Shown here one piece after another: positions 1-8,025 of a stretch of 22,042 nt of DNA. Each line of letters begins with the position of its first letter. Position 1 is the first letter of the stretch. Source of the DNA: Bacteriovoracaceae bacterium (GTDB taxonomy: Bacteria > Bdellovibrionota > Bacteriovoracia > Bacteriovoracales > Bacteriovoracaceae); the NCBI GenBank assembly GCA_049599895.1, contig JBMYPC010000047.1, positions 1-22,042 of the forward strand, in the 5' to 3' direction. The translations under genes were made by a program, and so were the position numbers. Under the pieces are notes generated by a model. It worked only from the letters and a program-made list of their open reading frames with translations, ran no database searches and was not told where the DNA came from.

Positions 1-6
1 TTTACC

Positions 7-1320
7 TTAGCGGATGGCACTTGTATTCAAGCGAAAGGCAATGAAGAACTCATGGATATCTTTCCAACTCTCAAAGTTTTTCATATTCGAGCTTTCAAGC
101 TCAAGCTCATGCTCTCCCCACTTGATTTTAAGTTTTGGACAATCCTGCATAAGAGAATCGAGATAATTATTGAGATAGGCCCCAAAAAATGACTCATCAT
201 CTGCGTTTAAAAAGCCATTCTTTCGTAAGGCCTTATTCACTTCAGACTTCTTTAATGAGATCAGAGAAAAACCGATCTTATAAAGATCAACAAAGTCTAA
301 AAAATTAAAAAAGTCCTTTTGATGATCAGAATATTGAGTCTTCACAAAATCAATTCCAAGATCAAGATGATGCATGACTTTTTTTGCCGTTCGATTCATG
401 GCGAGTCGTCCAGACTTTAAGGCCTGGTCTAACTCTAGGGAGCCATTGATAAGACGAAGGAAATTAAACTTAAGATATGGAATGCGTCCATCTTCAATCG
501 TCTCAAATAACTCTTTATCATAACTTTGAATTTTGTCTTCATAAGGAATAAGAGCATCATGGTGAAGAATTTGATTTTGCCCCTCAAGGTCAATGGCCGG
601 AGTCAAGTTCTCTTTAATTCGAGTTTTTACGTGATAGTGAATATGACTTTCACTTGGAAAAGCTGAAACAAACTCAAGAGCATCAAAATAATCAACAAAA
701 CCGTAATCTCTTAAGCGCTCTTTTTTATTTCGATACTCATCCTCTTGAAAAGAAGAAAAGGAATCAACTGTTAACTTAAAGAGATAGCTATAGGCCTTCT
801 CGACACCCATTTGATAATAAAGAAAACGAATTCCCTCTTGAAGTTCTTTGGCGTAGGGAAAATTCTCTTCATATTCAATGAGAAGAAGATCATCATCAGT
901 TAAAAAGAAATGTTCGTGTTCTGGATACTGTGGATCTTCTTTATCAAAAGTTGAAATATTAAATCGCCCTTTCAGAAAAAGCGCAAATTCAGAGCTTTTA
1001 AGAAATTCCGTTTTAATATCATCGACTGAAACTCTATCAAATATGGCAAGCCATGAATCAAAGCCTTTAACATCAAGATCATCTTTACTCCAAAGATCAA
1101 TGTCGAGAATCGCTTGCCTTTGTTCTTTTGAAAGTGCTGGAATGAGTTCAGAAGTTCTTTCAATCGTTTGTCTTTTCAAATAGAAATAAAGTGGCTGCAC
1201 AGGAAGTGATTGAAGCCCCTCTTTTGTCTCCACTAGGGATTGAATATTTTCGATATCAGAATAGGCTTTTGATTCCAGCAAAAGTTTATTAAAAAAACTT
1301 CCTAATTCATTTTTTCCCAT
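7..1320 (-). CDS. DUF6178-like protein of unknown function
   Basis: 437 aa. Motifs 'LDIDLWSKDDL', 'FFLTDDDLLLIEY' and 'EDEYRNKKERLRDYGFVDYFDAL' resemble the DUF6178 family as I recall it from delta-proteobacteria/Bdellovibrionota. The stop lies 6 nt from the window edge. Confidence 0.65.
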   Translation of the reverse strand: MGKNELGSFFNKLLLESKAYSDIENIQSLVETKEGLQSLPVQPLYFYLKRQTIERTSELIPALSKEQRQAILDIDLWSKDDLDVKGFDSWLAIFDRVSVDDIKTEFLKSSEFALFLKGRFNISTFDKEDPQYPEHEHFFLTDDDLLLIEYEENFPYAKELQEGIRFLYYQMGVEKAYSYLFKLTVDSFSSFQEDEYRNKKERLRDYGFVDYFDALEFVSAFPSESHIHYHVKTRIKENLTPAIDLEGQNQILHHDALIPYEDKIQSYDKELFETIEDGRIPYLKFNFLRLINGSLELDQALKSGRLAMNRTAKKVMHHLDLGIDFVKTQYSDHQKDFFNFLDFVDLYKIGFSLISLKKSEVNKALRKNGFLNADDESFFGAYLNNYLDSLMQDCPKLKIKWGEHELELESSNMKNFESWKDIHEFFIAFRLNTSAIR

Positions 1321-1363
1321 AGAAAACCTCTACTCAATTGTAATTTAAAGACGGCCCAGTAAT

Positions 1364-2401
1364 TTACGATAAATTTGATCTCCAATCAATCAATACTTTT
1401 CCCTGACTCTTACGATTCTCAATATACTCATGAGCCTTGGAAACATCTTCTGGAGCAAAGACTTTATCTACTTTAGGCCTAAACTGATAATCATTCCATT
1501 TACCAAGATAACTCTTTAAAAACTCGTCTTTTAAAAAGAGTGTCAGAACATTAAGGCCATGGACCCCATGATTCTCATTCATCAGATCAATCGAATTTAT
1601 TGAGCGAATCTTTAAGAAAGTCCCTATTGCCTTAAAAAGATCCCTTCCCCCTGGGGAGATCATAGAGCTCACTCCTAAATTAACGACTTTGCCTAGAGGT
1701 TTAAGATGACTTTTAAGACTCGTATAAGGAAGTCCTCGACTATTGATAATAAGATCAAACTGCTTATTTGAAGCTTTAATTTCTTCATAACTTAAATAGG
1801 CCTTAAGACCTAAGTCCTTTAAACCTTTAAGTTTTCTCTCACTGGTTGTAAGACCTGAGATTGAAGTTTCAAACTGAAACTCTTGATTCATAAGATGGAT
1901 CATCATCTGTCCCAACGCTCCAGTAGCACAATCAATCAAAACTTCATCAGTGCCTCGAATTCTTCCAAGCTCAAAAAGGGCAATATAGGCGGTCATAAAG
2001 CTTACGGGAACAGAAGCCGCTTCTTTTAAAGAAAGGGAATCAAGAGAAATGGGAATCACTTGCCACGCTGGAACTCGGATATGTGAGCTATAGCCACCAA
2101 ACATAGCTCCCGCCATCACAGGGTCTCCAGGCTTTAAATGTTTTACTTTTTTTCCGACTTTTGAAATCGTTCCTGAAACTTCATAACCAGGAACAAAGGG
2201 AAACTTTGGAGCATCTTGGTAAAGACCTTGTCTCATATGAATGTCTGCAAAGTTAAGCCCTGAAAATGAGGTCTCAATTTCAACCTCATTTTCTAGGAGT
2301 GAGTCTCGACTCTGCTGGAAGCTTTCCAACTTTAAGACATTTGAATCCCCAGCTTTGGTGATTATGATTCTTCTCAAGCTATCACTCACTTTTTTACACA
2401 T
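1364..2401 (-). CDS. Medium-chain dehydrogenase/reductase, VAT-1 / quinone-oxidoreductase-like (NADPH-dependent, non-Zn)
   Basis: MDR motifs 'SGLNFADIHMRQGLY', 'PFVPGYEVSG', 'GGYSSH', 'AASVPVSFMTAYIAL', nucleotide-binding 'DCATGALG' and C-terminal 'AHEYIENRKSQGKVLI'. The true start may be the downstream GTG or TTG (before RRIIIT). Confidence 0.85.
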   Translation of the reverse strand: MCKKVSDSLRRIIITKAGDSNVLKLESFQQSRDSLLENEVEIETSFSGLNFADIHMRQGLYQDAPKFPFVPGYEVSGTISKVGKKVKHLKPGDPVMAGAMFGGYSSHIRVPAWQVIPISLDSLSLKEAASVPVSFMTAYIALFELGRIRGTDEVLIDCATGALGQMMIHLMNQEFQFETSISGLTTSERKLKGLKDLGLKAYLSYEEIKASNKQFDLIINSRGLPYTSLKSHLKPLGKVVNLGVSSMISPGGRDLFKAIGTFLKIRSINSIDLMNENHGVHGLNVLTLFLKDEFLKSYLGKWNDYQFRPKVDKVFAPEDVSKAHEYIENRKSQGKVLIDWRSNLS

Positions 2402-2479
2402 TTCTTCTAATTTTTAATTATTTACAGCACCTTACTTACTAAGTTTTGGGGGCTACGTCACTGAAAGATCTCAATTATT

Positions 2480-2508
2480 TTGACTACTAGCATCTGAAAA
2501 AGTATAGT
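2480..2508 (+). promoter_or_regulatory. sigma-70-type promoter for the desaturase gene
   Basis: TTGACT (2480-2485), 17-nt spacer, TATAGT (2503-2508), 35 nt upstream of ATG 2544. Confidence 0.65.
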
Positions 2509-2543
2509 CCACCATCTTTATAACCATGCCGTAGGGATCTTTA

Positions 2544-3644
2544 ATGACGCAGGACTACACGATATCTCAATCTAAGCCGAATCCAGAAGACAATTTTGAA
2601 TATTTTGCCAGTGAAAATCCTCACCCAGCAAGGGCCCGGGAGATGATCAAAAAATATCCTGAGCTTAAAAAATATATGGGCCATTACCCAAAGACAGCTC
2701 TTATTGCACTGGCAATTTTCACAGCCCAAGTTGGACTTGGTGTCTTCTTTGCGACAGATAATGTTTCTTGGCTTTATATTCTCGCTACTGCTTATCTTTT
2801 TGGAGCTTTCCTTCATCACTGTCTTTTTGTGATTATTCATGAAGCTGCTCATAACCTCATCTTTAAACCAGCTTGGGCCAATAAAGCAGCTGGGATTTTC
2901 TGTGATTTCTGCCAAGCGGTTCCTACTTCAATTAGTTTTAGATTTTATCACCTAATCCATCACTCAAATATGGGTGAATATGATTTGGATGCGGATCTTT
3001 CTCACGACAAAGAGGCAAAGCTTATTGGTAACTCATTTCCTAAAAAGATCCTTTGGTTTCTCTTTTTCTTTGTCGTTGAAGCCTTAAGACCTCTAAGGCT
3101 TAAAAGAAAGCAACCTATTGATGTTTGGTTTGTTGCAAGTATCGTCTTGGTCATCGCCTTTAACGTCTCTTTAGGTTATTTTATTGGGGCAAAAGCGATT
3201 TCTTATCTTCTTCTCTCTACTCTGTTTTCAGTTGGGCTTCATCCGGTAGGAGCAAGATGGATTCAAGAACATTATATTCTTCGAGAAGGACAACAGACTT
3301 ATTCTTACTATGGACCACTTAATAAACTGGCCCTTAATGTCGGTTATCATAATGAACACCATGACTTCTTTAGAATTCCTTGGGTTCACCTGCCAAAGAT
3401 TACTGAGACAGCTCCAGAATATTACAAATCACTTCTGGCCTACAGAAGCTGGTCGAAACTTCTTTGGAGATTTTTAACAGATAAAGACCTTAGTCTTTAC
3501 TCTAGAGTGATTGTGAAAAAATCGAGAGCTGGCCAAAAAGCTTCTCAAGAGAAGCAAGAAGGCCAAGGGATTATTGCTGATCCTAGCGCTATGCCGCAGT
3601 TCACAAAAAGCTCTGAACAAAACCCAGAGCACATTAACGCTTAG
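2544..3644 (+). CDS. Membrane fatty-acid desaturase, sphingolipid delta-4 desaturase / C4-hydroxylase (DEGS/DES1)-like
   Basis: Three His boxes: HEAAH, HLIHH, HNEHH. The N-terminal 'PHPARAREMIKKYPELKKYMG' resembles the Lipid_DES segment. 'GLHPVGARWIQEHY' and 'TYSYYGPLNKLALNVGYHNEHHDF...APEYY' closely follow DEGS1 signature stretches. Confidence 0.85.
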   Translation: MTQDYTISQSKPNPEDNFEYFASENPHPARAREMIKKYPELKKYMGHYPKTALIALAIFTAQVGLGVFFATDNVSWLYILATAYLFGAFLHHCLFVIIHEAAHNLIFKPAWANKAAGIFCDFCQAVPTSISFRFYHLIHHSNMGEYDLDADLSHDKEAKLIGNSFPKKILWFLFFFVVEALRPLRLKRKQPIDVWFVASIVLVIAFNVSLGYFIGAKAISYLLLSTLFSVGLHPVGARWIQEHYILREGQQTYSYYGPLNKLALNVGYHNEHHDFFRIPWVHLPKITETAPEYYKSLLAYRSWSKLLWRFLTDKDLSLYSRVIVKKSRAGQKASQEKQEGQGIIADPSAMPQFTKSSEQNPEHINA

Positions 3645-3665
3645 CGAGCAAACAAATTTGTTAAA

Positions 3666-3694
3666 CCTTGACTAATTTAAGCTTTAGTCTAAGG
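3666..3694 (+). terminator. Hairpin downstream of the desaturase (possible weak terminator or operator)
   Basis: CCTT-GACTAA (3666-3675) pairs with TTAGTC-T-AAGG (3684-3694), 8-nt loop, 21 nt after the stop. There is no clear U-tract. Confidence 0.3.
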
Positions 3695-3749
3695 CAAAAT
3701 CCATAAATTATTGGTCTTCATGAGATAAATAAGTAATAATATTAGATAC

Positions 3750-5525
3750 ATGGCTTCGAATATTACAGAAACTGCTTCGGTACTTTCAGCTACCGTCCCC
3801 CTAATGGGCCTTGCCCTTGCCGCTGCACTTGCAGTTGGAAAACTAGCATCAAAGTTTCAGGTACCAAAAGTTACAGGATTTATTCTTGTTGGCATACTCC
3901 TTGGCCCCACTGGTGCAAATCTCATCACCGCAAAAATAGCCCATAATCTGGAGTTTATTAATCAGATAGCCTTCGGTTTGATCCTCTTTAATATCGGCGG
4001 TGTCTTTAACCGTGAAATTTTCCAATCTGTTGGACGAAAACAAGTTAAGTTTTCGTTGGTTCTCGGACTCTTTATTTGGATCTCAACCTTCCTTATATGT
4101 TCGATTTTTGGTTATTTAAATTATGGAACTTGGTATCAGGCTTTCGTTCTTGCCGGTTTCCTTGCCATTGTCGCCATCGATCCTGCACCACCAACTTCTC
4201 TCCTTGTGATTAAAGAGGTTGATGGAAAAGGGCCTCTTACTCAATCAATTTTTATTTTCCTCGTGGTTTCAACATTATTAGGAATCACTGTTTCTGAGCT
4301 TACAGTTATTGGTTACCAATCAATGGAAATATGGCCAAGTGAAGTTCAAGCAACATTAACGACCCGTTTGACAGATCTTGGTATTTCATTTCTAGGTTCT
4401 ATTCTTGCTGGTATCGGGCTCGGTTTTATTCTGAGTTATTGGGAACAAAAAGAAAAAAACCAATACGAAATCCTTCTTGGAGTTGTCACAACTCTTATGC
4501 TCGGGCAAACTCTGGCCCATTACTTTAACCTCAATGCCATGCTCATTAGTTTAACTCTTGGCTTTATCATTATTAATATTTCAAATACTGGAAATGCGAT
4601 TCATTCCGCAATTAAAGGAATGGGGCTTTCAATTTATGCTCTTTTCTTTGTCCTGGCCGGTGCTCACATTGACCTTACGACCCAGCTTGCTTCATTAGGT
4701 ATTGCAAGTCTTGGTTACGTTCTCGCAAGATTTATTGGTATTCCTTTTAGTTCAATCCTCGCAGCAAGAATTGTTGGAGAATCAAAAGAGCTTGGAATGA
4801 GAAAGGGACTTTCAGTTCTCTCTCACGCAGGTCTTGCCATGGCCATGGTTCTTAACCTCAAGCCAATCGATGATAAAATTGCAAAAGATATTATTGGAAT
4901 CGTTATGAGCTCCATTTTTATCTTTGAGATCGCTGGCCCTCTTCTTTTAAGATTCTCAATTATGAAGGCCAATGAAGCAGACATTCTTTCAGGAAAAGAT
5001 ATTACTTCAAAAGCGACAATCACTTTTAAAGATCTCTTTCGAAATCTTTTATTCAACCTTCACATCATTAAGCCAAAGTCGACCTCTCATATCAATAGTA
5101 TCCGTCACCTTATTAAAAGAGACATTATTGCGATTCAAGAAAATGCGACTCCAAAAGAGATTGCAAACTTTGTCAAAACTCATCACGCTTTTATGTACGC
5201 GATCGTTGACGAGGAACATAAGTATAAAGGAATTCTTGATATTTCGGCTCTTCATCAATCACTTAATGACAGCGATGAATTTCAATTTGTTAAGGCAAAA
5301 GATCTTATCGGTCCCACATATTTAATTAAAGAAAATGTGAAATACCATGAGGCCCTACAAATCTTTGAGCAGCTTGGAGTGACAGAGCTTCCCGTTGTGA
5401 ATTGTGACACCCGAGATCTTGTTGGATCTATCCACCATAAAGATGTTGTCGTAGCAAACTCGACACAGAAACCAGCAAATGTGAAAACTTCAGAGTACCA
5501 AGTAAGCTCTTATTTCGATGATTAA
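3750..5525 (+). CDS. Cation:proton antiporter (Na_H_Exchanger / CPA2-like) with C-terminal CBS pair
   Basis: About 12 hydrophobic segments, with 'PKVTGFILVGILLGP', 'LFFVLAGAHIDL' and 'IFEIAGPLLLR'. The soluble C-terminal ~150 aa has CBS-like 'AIVDEEHKYKGILD' and 'LPVVNCDTRDLVGSIHHKDV'. Confidence 0.85.
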   Translation: MASNITETASVLSATVPLMGLALAAALAVGKLASKFQVPKVTGFILVGILLGPTGANLITAKIAHNLEFINQIAFGLILFNIGGVFNREIFQSVGRKQVKFSLVLGLFIWISTFLICSIFGYLNYGTWYQAFVLAGFLAIVAIDPAPPTSLLVIKEVDGKGPLTQSIFIFLVVSTLLGITVSELTVIGYQSMEIWPSEVQATLTTRLTDLGISFLGSILAGIGLGFILSYWEQKEKNQYEILLGVVTTLMLGQTLAHYFNLNAMLISLTLGFIIINISNTGNAIHSAIKGMGLSIYALFFVLAGAHIDLTTQLASLGIASLGYVLARFIGIPFSSILAARIVGESKELGMRKGLSVLSHAGLAMAMVLNLKPIDDKIAKDIIGIVMSSIFIFEIAGPLLLRFSIMKANEADILSGKDITSKATITFKDLFRNLLFNLHIIKPKSTSHINSIRHLIKRDIIAIQENATPKEIANFVKTHHAFMYAIVDEEHKYKGILDISALHQSLNDSDEFQFVKAKDLIGPTYLIKENVKYHEALQIFEQLGVTELPVVNCDTRDLVGSIHHKDVVVANSTQKPANVKTSEYQVSSYFDD

Positions 5526-6189
5526 AAAATCATGCCAAACATCGATTCCGCTTGAAGGCCATTGCCTTTATAATTTCGATCTCTCATCACCTCCTGAAAC
5601 GATTAATCTTTATTTACATGGGTTTGGCCAAACTGCTGAGCAATTCTCTAAAATTATTGAGCCTATACTCACAGACAAAGATCTTATTCTCAATGCTCCA
5701 TTTCCCATTCCCAATATCTTTGAAAAGAAAATCGACTTTGCCAGTATGAGGTCTGATTTTCGCTTCACATGGTATTTCTACAATAAAGAAAATGATACTT
5801 ATCTTATTAAGATGGACTCAGCTCTTGAGTATATCCAAACTCTGCTACAATCATTAAACCTTCTCGATCATAAGTTTAATATTATTGGCTATTCTCAAGG
5901 GGGTTATCTCGCGCCTTTTCTTGGACAAGCTCTTAAGAACGTCTCAAAAGTTTTAAGCTGTCATGCGAGTCTAAGAGAAGATAAACTTTTTTCAGAAAAA
6001 GCGCAGAAGCTTCCCTTTTCCTTCTATCAAATAAACGCTAATCAAGATGAGTTCATCGACAACGAGCTCGCAAAAGAACGCTTTAACCTTGCAAAAGAAA
6101 AGTTTTCTGAAGCCCAGTTTATTGAAGTGAACTCAAAACATCGGATAAAATCAGAGACTTTAGAAGCGATTTCAAAGATTTTAGACTAA
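5518..6189 (+). CDS. Alpha/beta hydrolase (phospholipase/carboxylesterase-like)
   Basis: Oxyanion 'LHGFGQ', nucleophile elbow 'GYSQGG', candidate Asp ('QDEFI') and His ('SKHRI'). Overlaps the antiporter 3' end by 8 nt. Confidence 0.8.
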   Translation: MIKKSCQTSIPLEGHCLYNFDLSSPPETINLYLHGFGQTAEQFSKIIEPILTDKDLILNAPFPIPNIFEKKIDFASMRSDFRFTWYFYNKENDTYLIKMDSALEYIQTLLQSLNLLDHKFNIIGYSQGGYLAPFLGQALKNVSKVLSCHASLREDKLFSEKAQKLPFSFYQINANQDEFIDNELAKERFNLAKEKFSEAQFIEVNSKHRIKSETLEAISKILD

Positions 6190-6360
6190 AACATCCTTTA
6201 TCGTGAAAATAACGATTTAAGTTCCTATAAGCAAAAATAGTTGTCGATTTTCAAGATATCTTAAAGAACATCTAAGTTGTTCAAAAAAGCTGTTTCAAGA
6301 TTGTATCTATCTAAAATTATTCATGTTCAATCAAAAACTTCGACATTTATCCTAAGGCCC

Positions 6361-6388
6361 TTGAACGACTTTTTCGAAATGTTAATCT
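6361..6388 (+). promoter_or_regulatory. Candidate sigma-70 promoter with extended -10 for the adhesin-glt operon
   Basis: TTGAAC (6361-6366), 16-nt spacer, TAATCT (6383-6388) preceded by TG at 6380-6381. Confidence 0.3.
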
Positions 6389-6546
6389 AGCTGGGAAATA
6401 TTTTTTTCAGTTAACGTTTGTCCGCTGTACGTCCGCTCCAACCTGTACGTTTGATAAGAACAATACAAAATCCTAAGTTGAAAACTGAGCATGGTTCATT
6501 ACTAATGAGACTATCGTCTTGGTTGATCGACCCCTAGGAGTCTGTC

Positions 6547-8025
6547 ATGAAATCGAACAAAGTACACTCTTCACTATTTACTAGTGTTATTTTGCTTTTA
6601 GGACTTACCTCTTGTAACGAAGCTCAATTCTATGAAAAAGAACTGACCAATTCTGCCTTAAATGCAGACGAAGTTATCACTGATGAGCTCTTAATTGTTT
6701 CAGAGCCGGGTGACTCTCAGTCTGGTTCGGGATCAGATTCTAGCTCAGGATCGTCTGGATCCAACAATGACTCAGGTTCAGGTTCAGGTTCAGGTTCAGG
6801 TTCAGGTTCAAACATTATCATTATCTCTGATTCAGACTCTGGTTCAGATTCTAGCTCAGACTCTAGCTCAGACTCTAGCTCAGACTCTAGCTCAGACTCT
6901 AGTTCAGATTCTGGTTCAGATTCTGGTTCAGACTCTAGTTCAGACTCTAGTTCAGACTCTAGTTCAGACTCTAGTTCAGATTCTAGCTCAGATTCTGGTT
7001 CAGATTCTAGTTCAGATTCTAGCTCAGATTCTGGTTCAGATTCTGGTTCAGATTCTAGTTCAGACTCTAGTTCAGACTCTGGTTCTGACTCAAACTCAAC
7101 TTCTGATTCGAGCTCTGACTCTGGATCAAATTCTGAATCAAACGCAGATCCAAATGCAGATTCAGACTCTGACTCAACAGGTGCCCCAGTCATCCTCACT
7201 GATTCATTTACACAAAATGTATCAGAAGAAAAAGCCGTTGATATTCTTTGGGTCATTGATAACAGTGGCTCGATGTCAGACAACCAAAGAGCATTGGCCA
7301 CAAATTTTAAATACTTTATTGACGAGTTTATTCAAAGAGATCTCGACTTTCAAATGGCGATCACAACCACTGATGCCACAAGAGATGACTCTGGAGATAT
7401 GATTGGAGACTACACGAGACTAGATTCAAAAGCTGCAACAGATGATGAAGCTGATTTTTTAAATTATTTTGCCAATACTGTCAGAGTTGGAACTTATGGA
7501 TCATCTTATGAAAAAGGTCTTCAAACAATGGAGAAGTTTCTTGAACGCCATAGTCGCTACTGGCTTAGAGACGACGCTTATCTTGTTGTTGTGGTTCTTT
7601 CAGACGAAGATGAACAATCTCGAAAATCAGCTTCATATTACTATGACGTCTTAGCTGACTATAAATCTGATATGAGATACGTAAAAGTTAATAGTATTGT
7701 TTCTTATAGAACAGCGACTTTCGGTGATGAGTCTGAAGGATTTAAGTATAAAGAGATCTCGGAGCTTACCGGTGGTGAATCTCATAATATCGAAGAAGAC
7801 TTCTATGAAACATTAAGTGATATGGGTGGAACCATTGTTCAACTACTCTCAAGTTTTGCTCTTTCAGAAAAAGCGATTGAAAGCAGTATTGTTGTTGAAG
7901 TGAATGGTAACCAAGTTCAAAACTGGGAATACAACTCTCAATCAAAAAGTATTGAGTTTGATAATGGGTCTCTTCCTGAGGAAGGAAGTGATATCCAGAT
8001 CACGTACCAAAAGGATGAGTCATGA
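6547..8025 (+). CDS. Lipoprotein with Ser/Asp-repeat stalk and VWA (MIDAS) domain; CglB/CglD-like adhesin candidate
   Basis: RBS AGGAG at 6536-6540. Signal peptide II ends in LTS-C23. About 150 aa of S/D/G-rich linker is followed by 'VDILWVIDNSGSM' (DxSxS MIDAS), 'GTYGSSYEKGL' and 'VVVLSDEDEQS', then a C-terminal beta-rich domain. ATGA overlap with the next gene. Confidence 0.85.
   Translation: MKSNKVHSSLFTSVILLLGLTSCNEAQFYEKELTNSALNADEVITDELLIVSEPGDSQSGSGSDSSSGSSGSNNDSGSGSGSGSGSGSNIIIISDSDSGSDSSSDSSSDSSSDSSSDSSSDSGSDSGSDSSSDSSSDSSSDSSSDSSSDSGSDSSSDSSSDSGSDSGSDSSSDSSSDSGSDSNSTSDSSSDSGSNSESNADPNADSDSDSTGAPVILTDSFTQNVSEEKAVDILWVIDNSGSMSDNQRALATNFKYFIDEFIQRDLDFQMAITTTDATRDDSGDMIGDYTRLDSKAATDDEADFLNYFANTVRVGTYGSSYEKGLQTMEKFLERHSRYWLRDDAYLVVVVLSDEDEQSRKSASYYYDVLADYKSDMRYVKVNSIVSYRTATFGDESEGFKYKEISELTGGESHNIEEDFYETLSDMGGTIVQLLSSFALSEKAIESSIVVEVNGNQVQNWEYNSQSKSIEFDNGSLPEEGSDIQITYQKDES
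6772..6810 (+). repeat. 6-bp tandem repeat (TCAGGT)x6 + TCA encoding (SG)6S
   Basis: Perfect in-frame hexamer repeat read directly from the sequence. Confidence 0.95.
6832..7083 (+). repeat. 12-bp tandem repeat TCAGAYTCTRGY x21 encoding SDSS/SDSG
   Basis: 252 nt = 21 in-frame units in the order G,S5,G2,S5,G,S2,G2,S2,G. Degenerate units continue to about 7175. Confidence 0.95.

Noticed and set aside
6459..6532. c-di-GMP-I / cGAMP (GEMM) riboswitch, suggested by ACAATAC-AAAATCC...GAAA
   Set aside because: Lacks the GGGACG(C/G)AAAGC core and a properly closed GNRA tetraloop/receptor, so it is kept only as a generic structured-leader candidate.
6832..7083. Repeat array as a CRISPR
   Set aside because: Contiguous 12-bp units with no spacers, in frame within a CDS, and no cas genes.
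6695..7402. Overlapping ORFs 6695..7402 (+, QTLV/QILA repeats) and 6717..7301 (-, ESEL repeats)
   Set aside because: Shadow frames of the stop-free 6- and 12-bp repeats. The lipobox-VWA frame has the RBS and recognisable domains.
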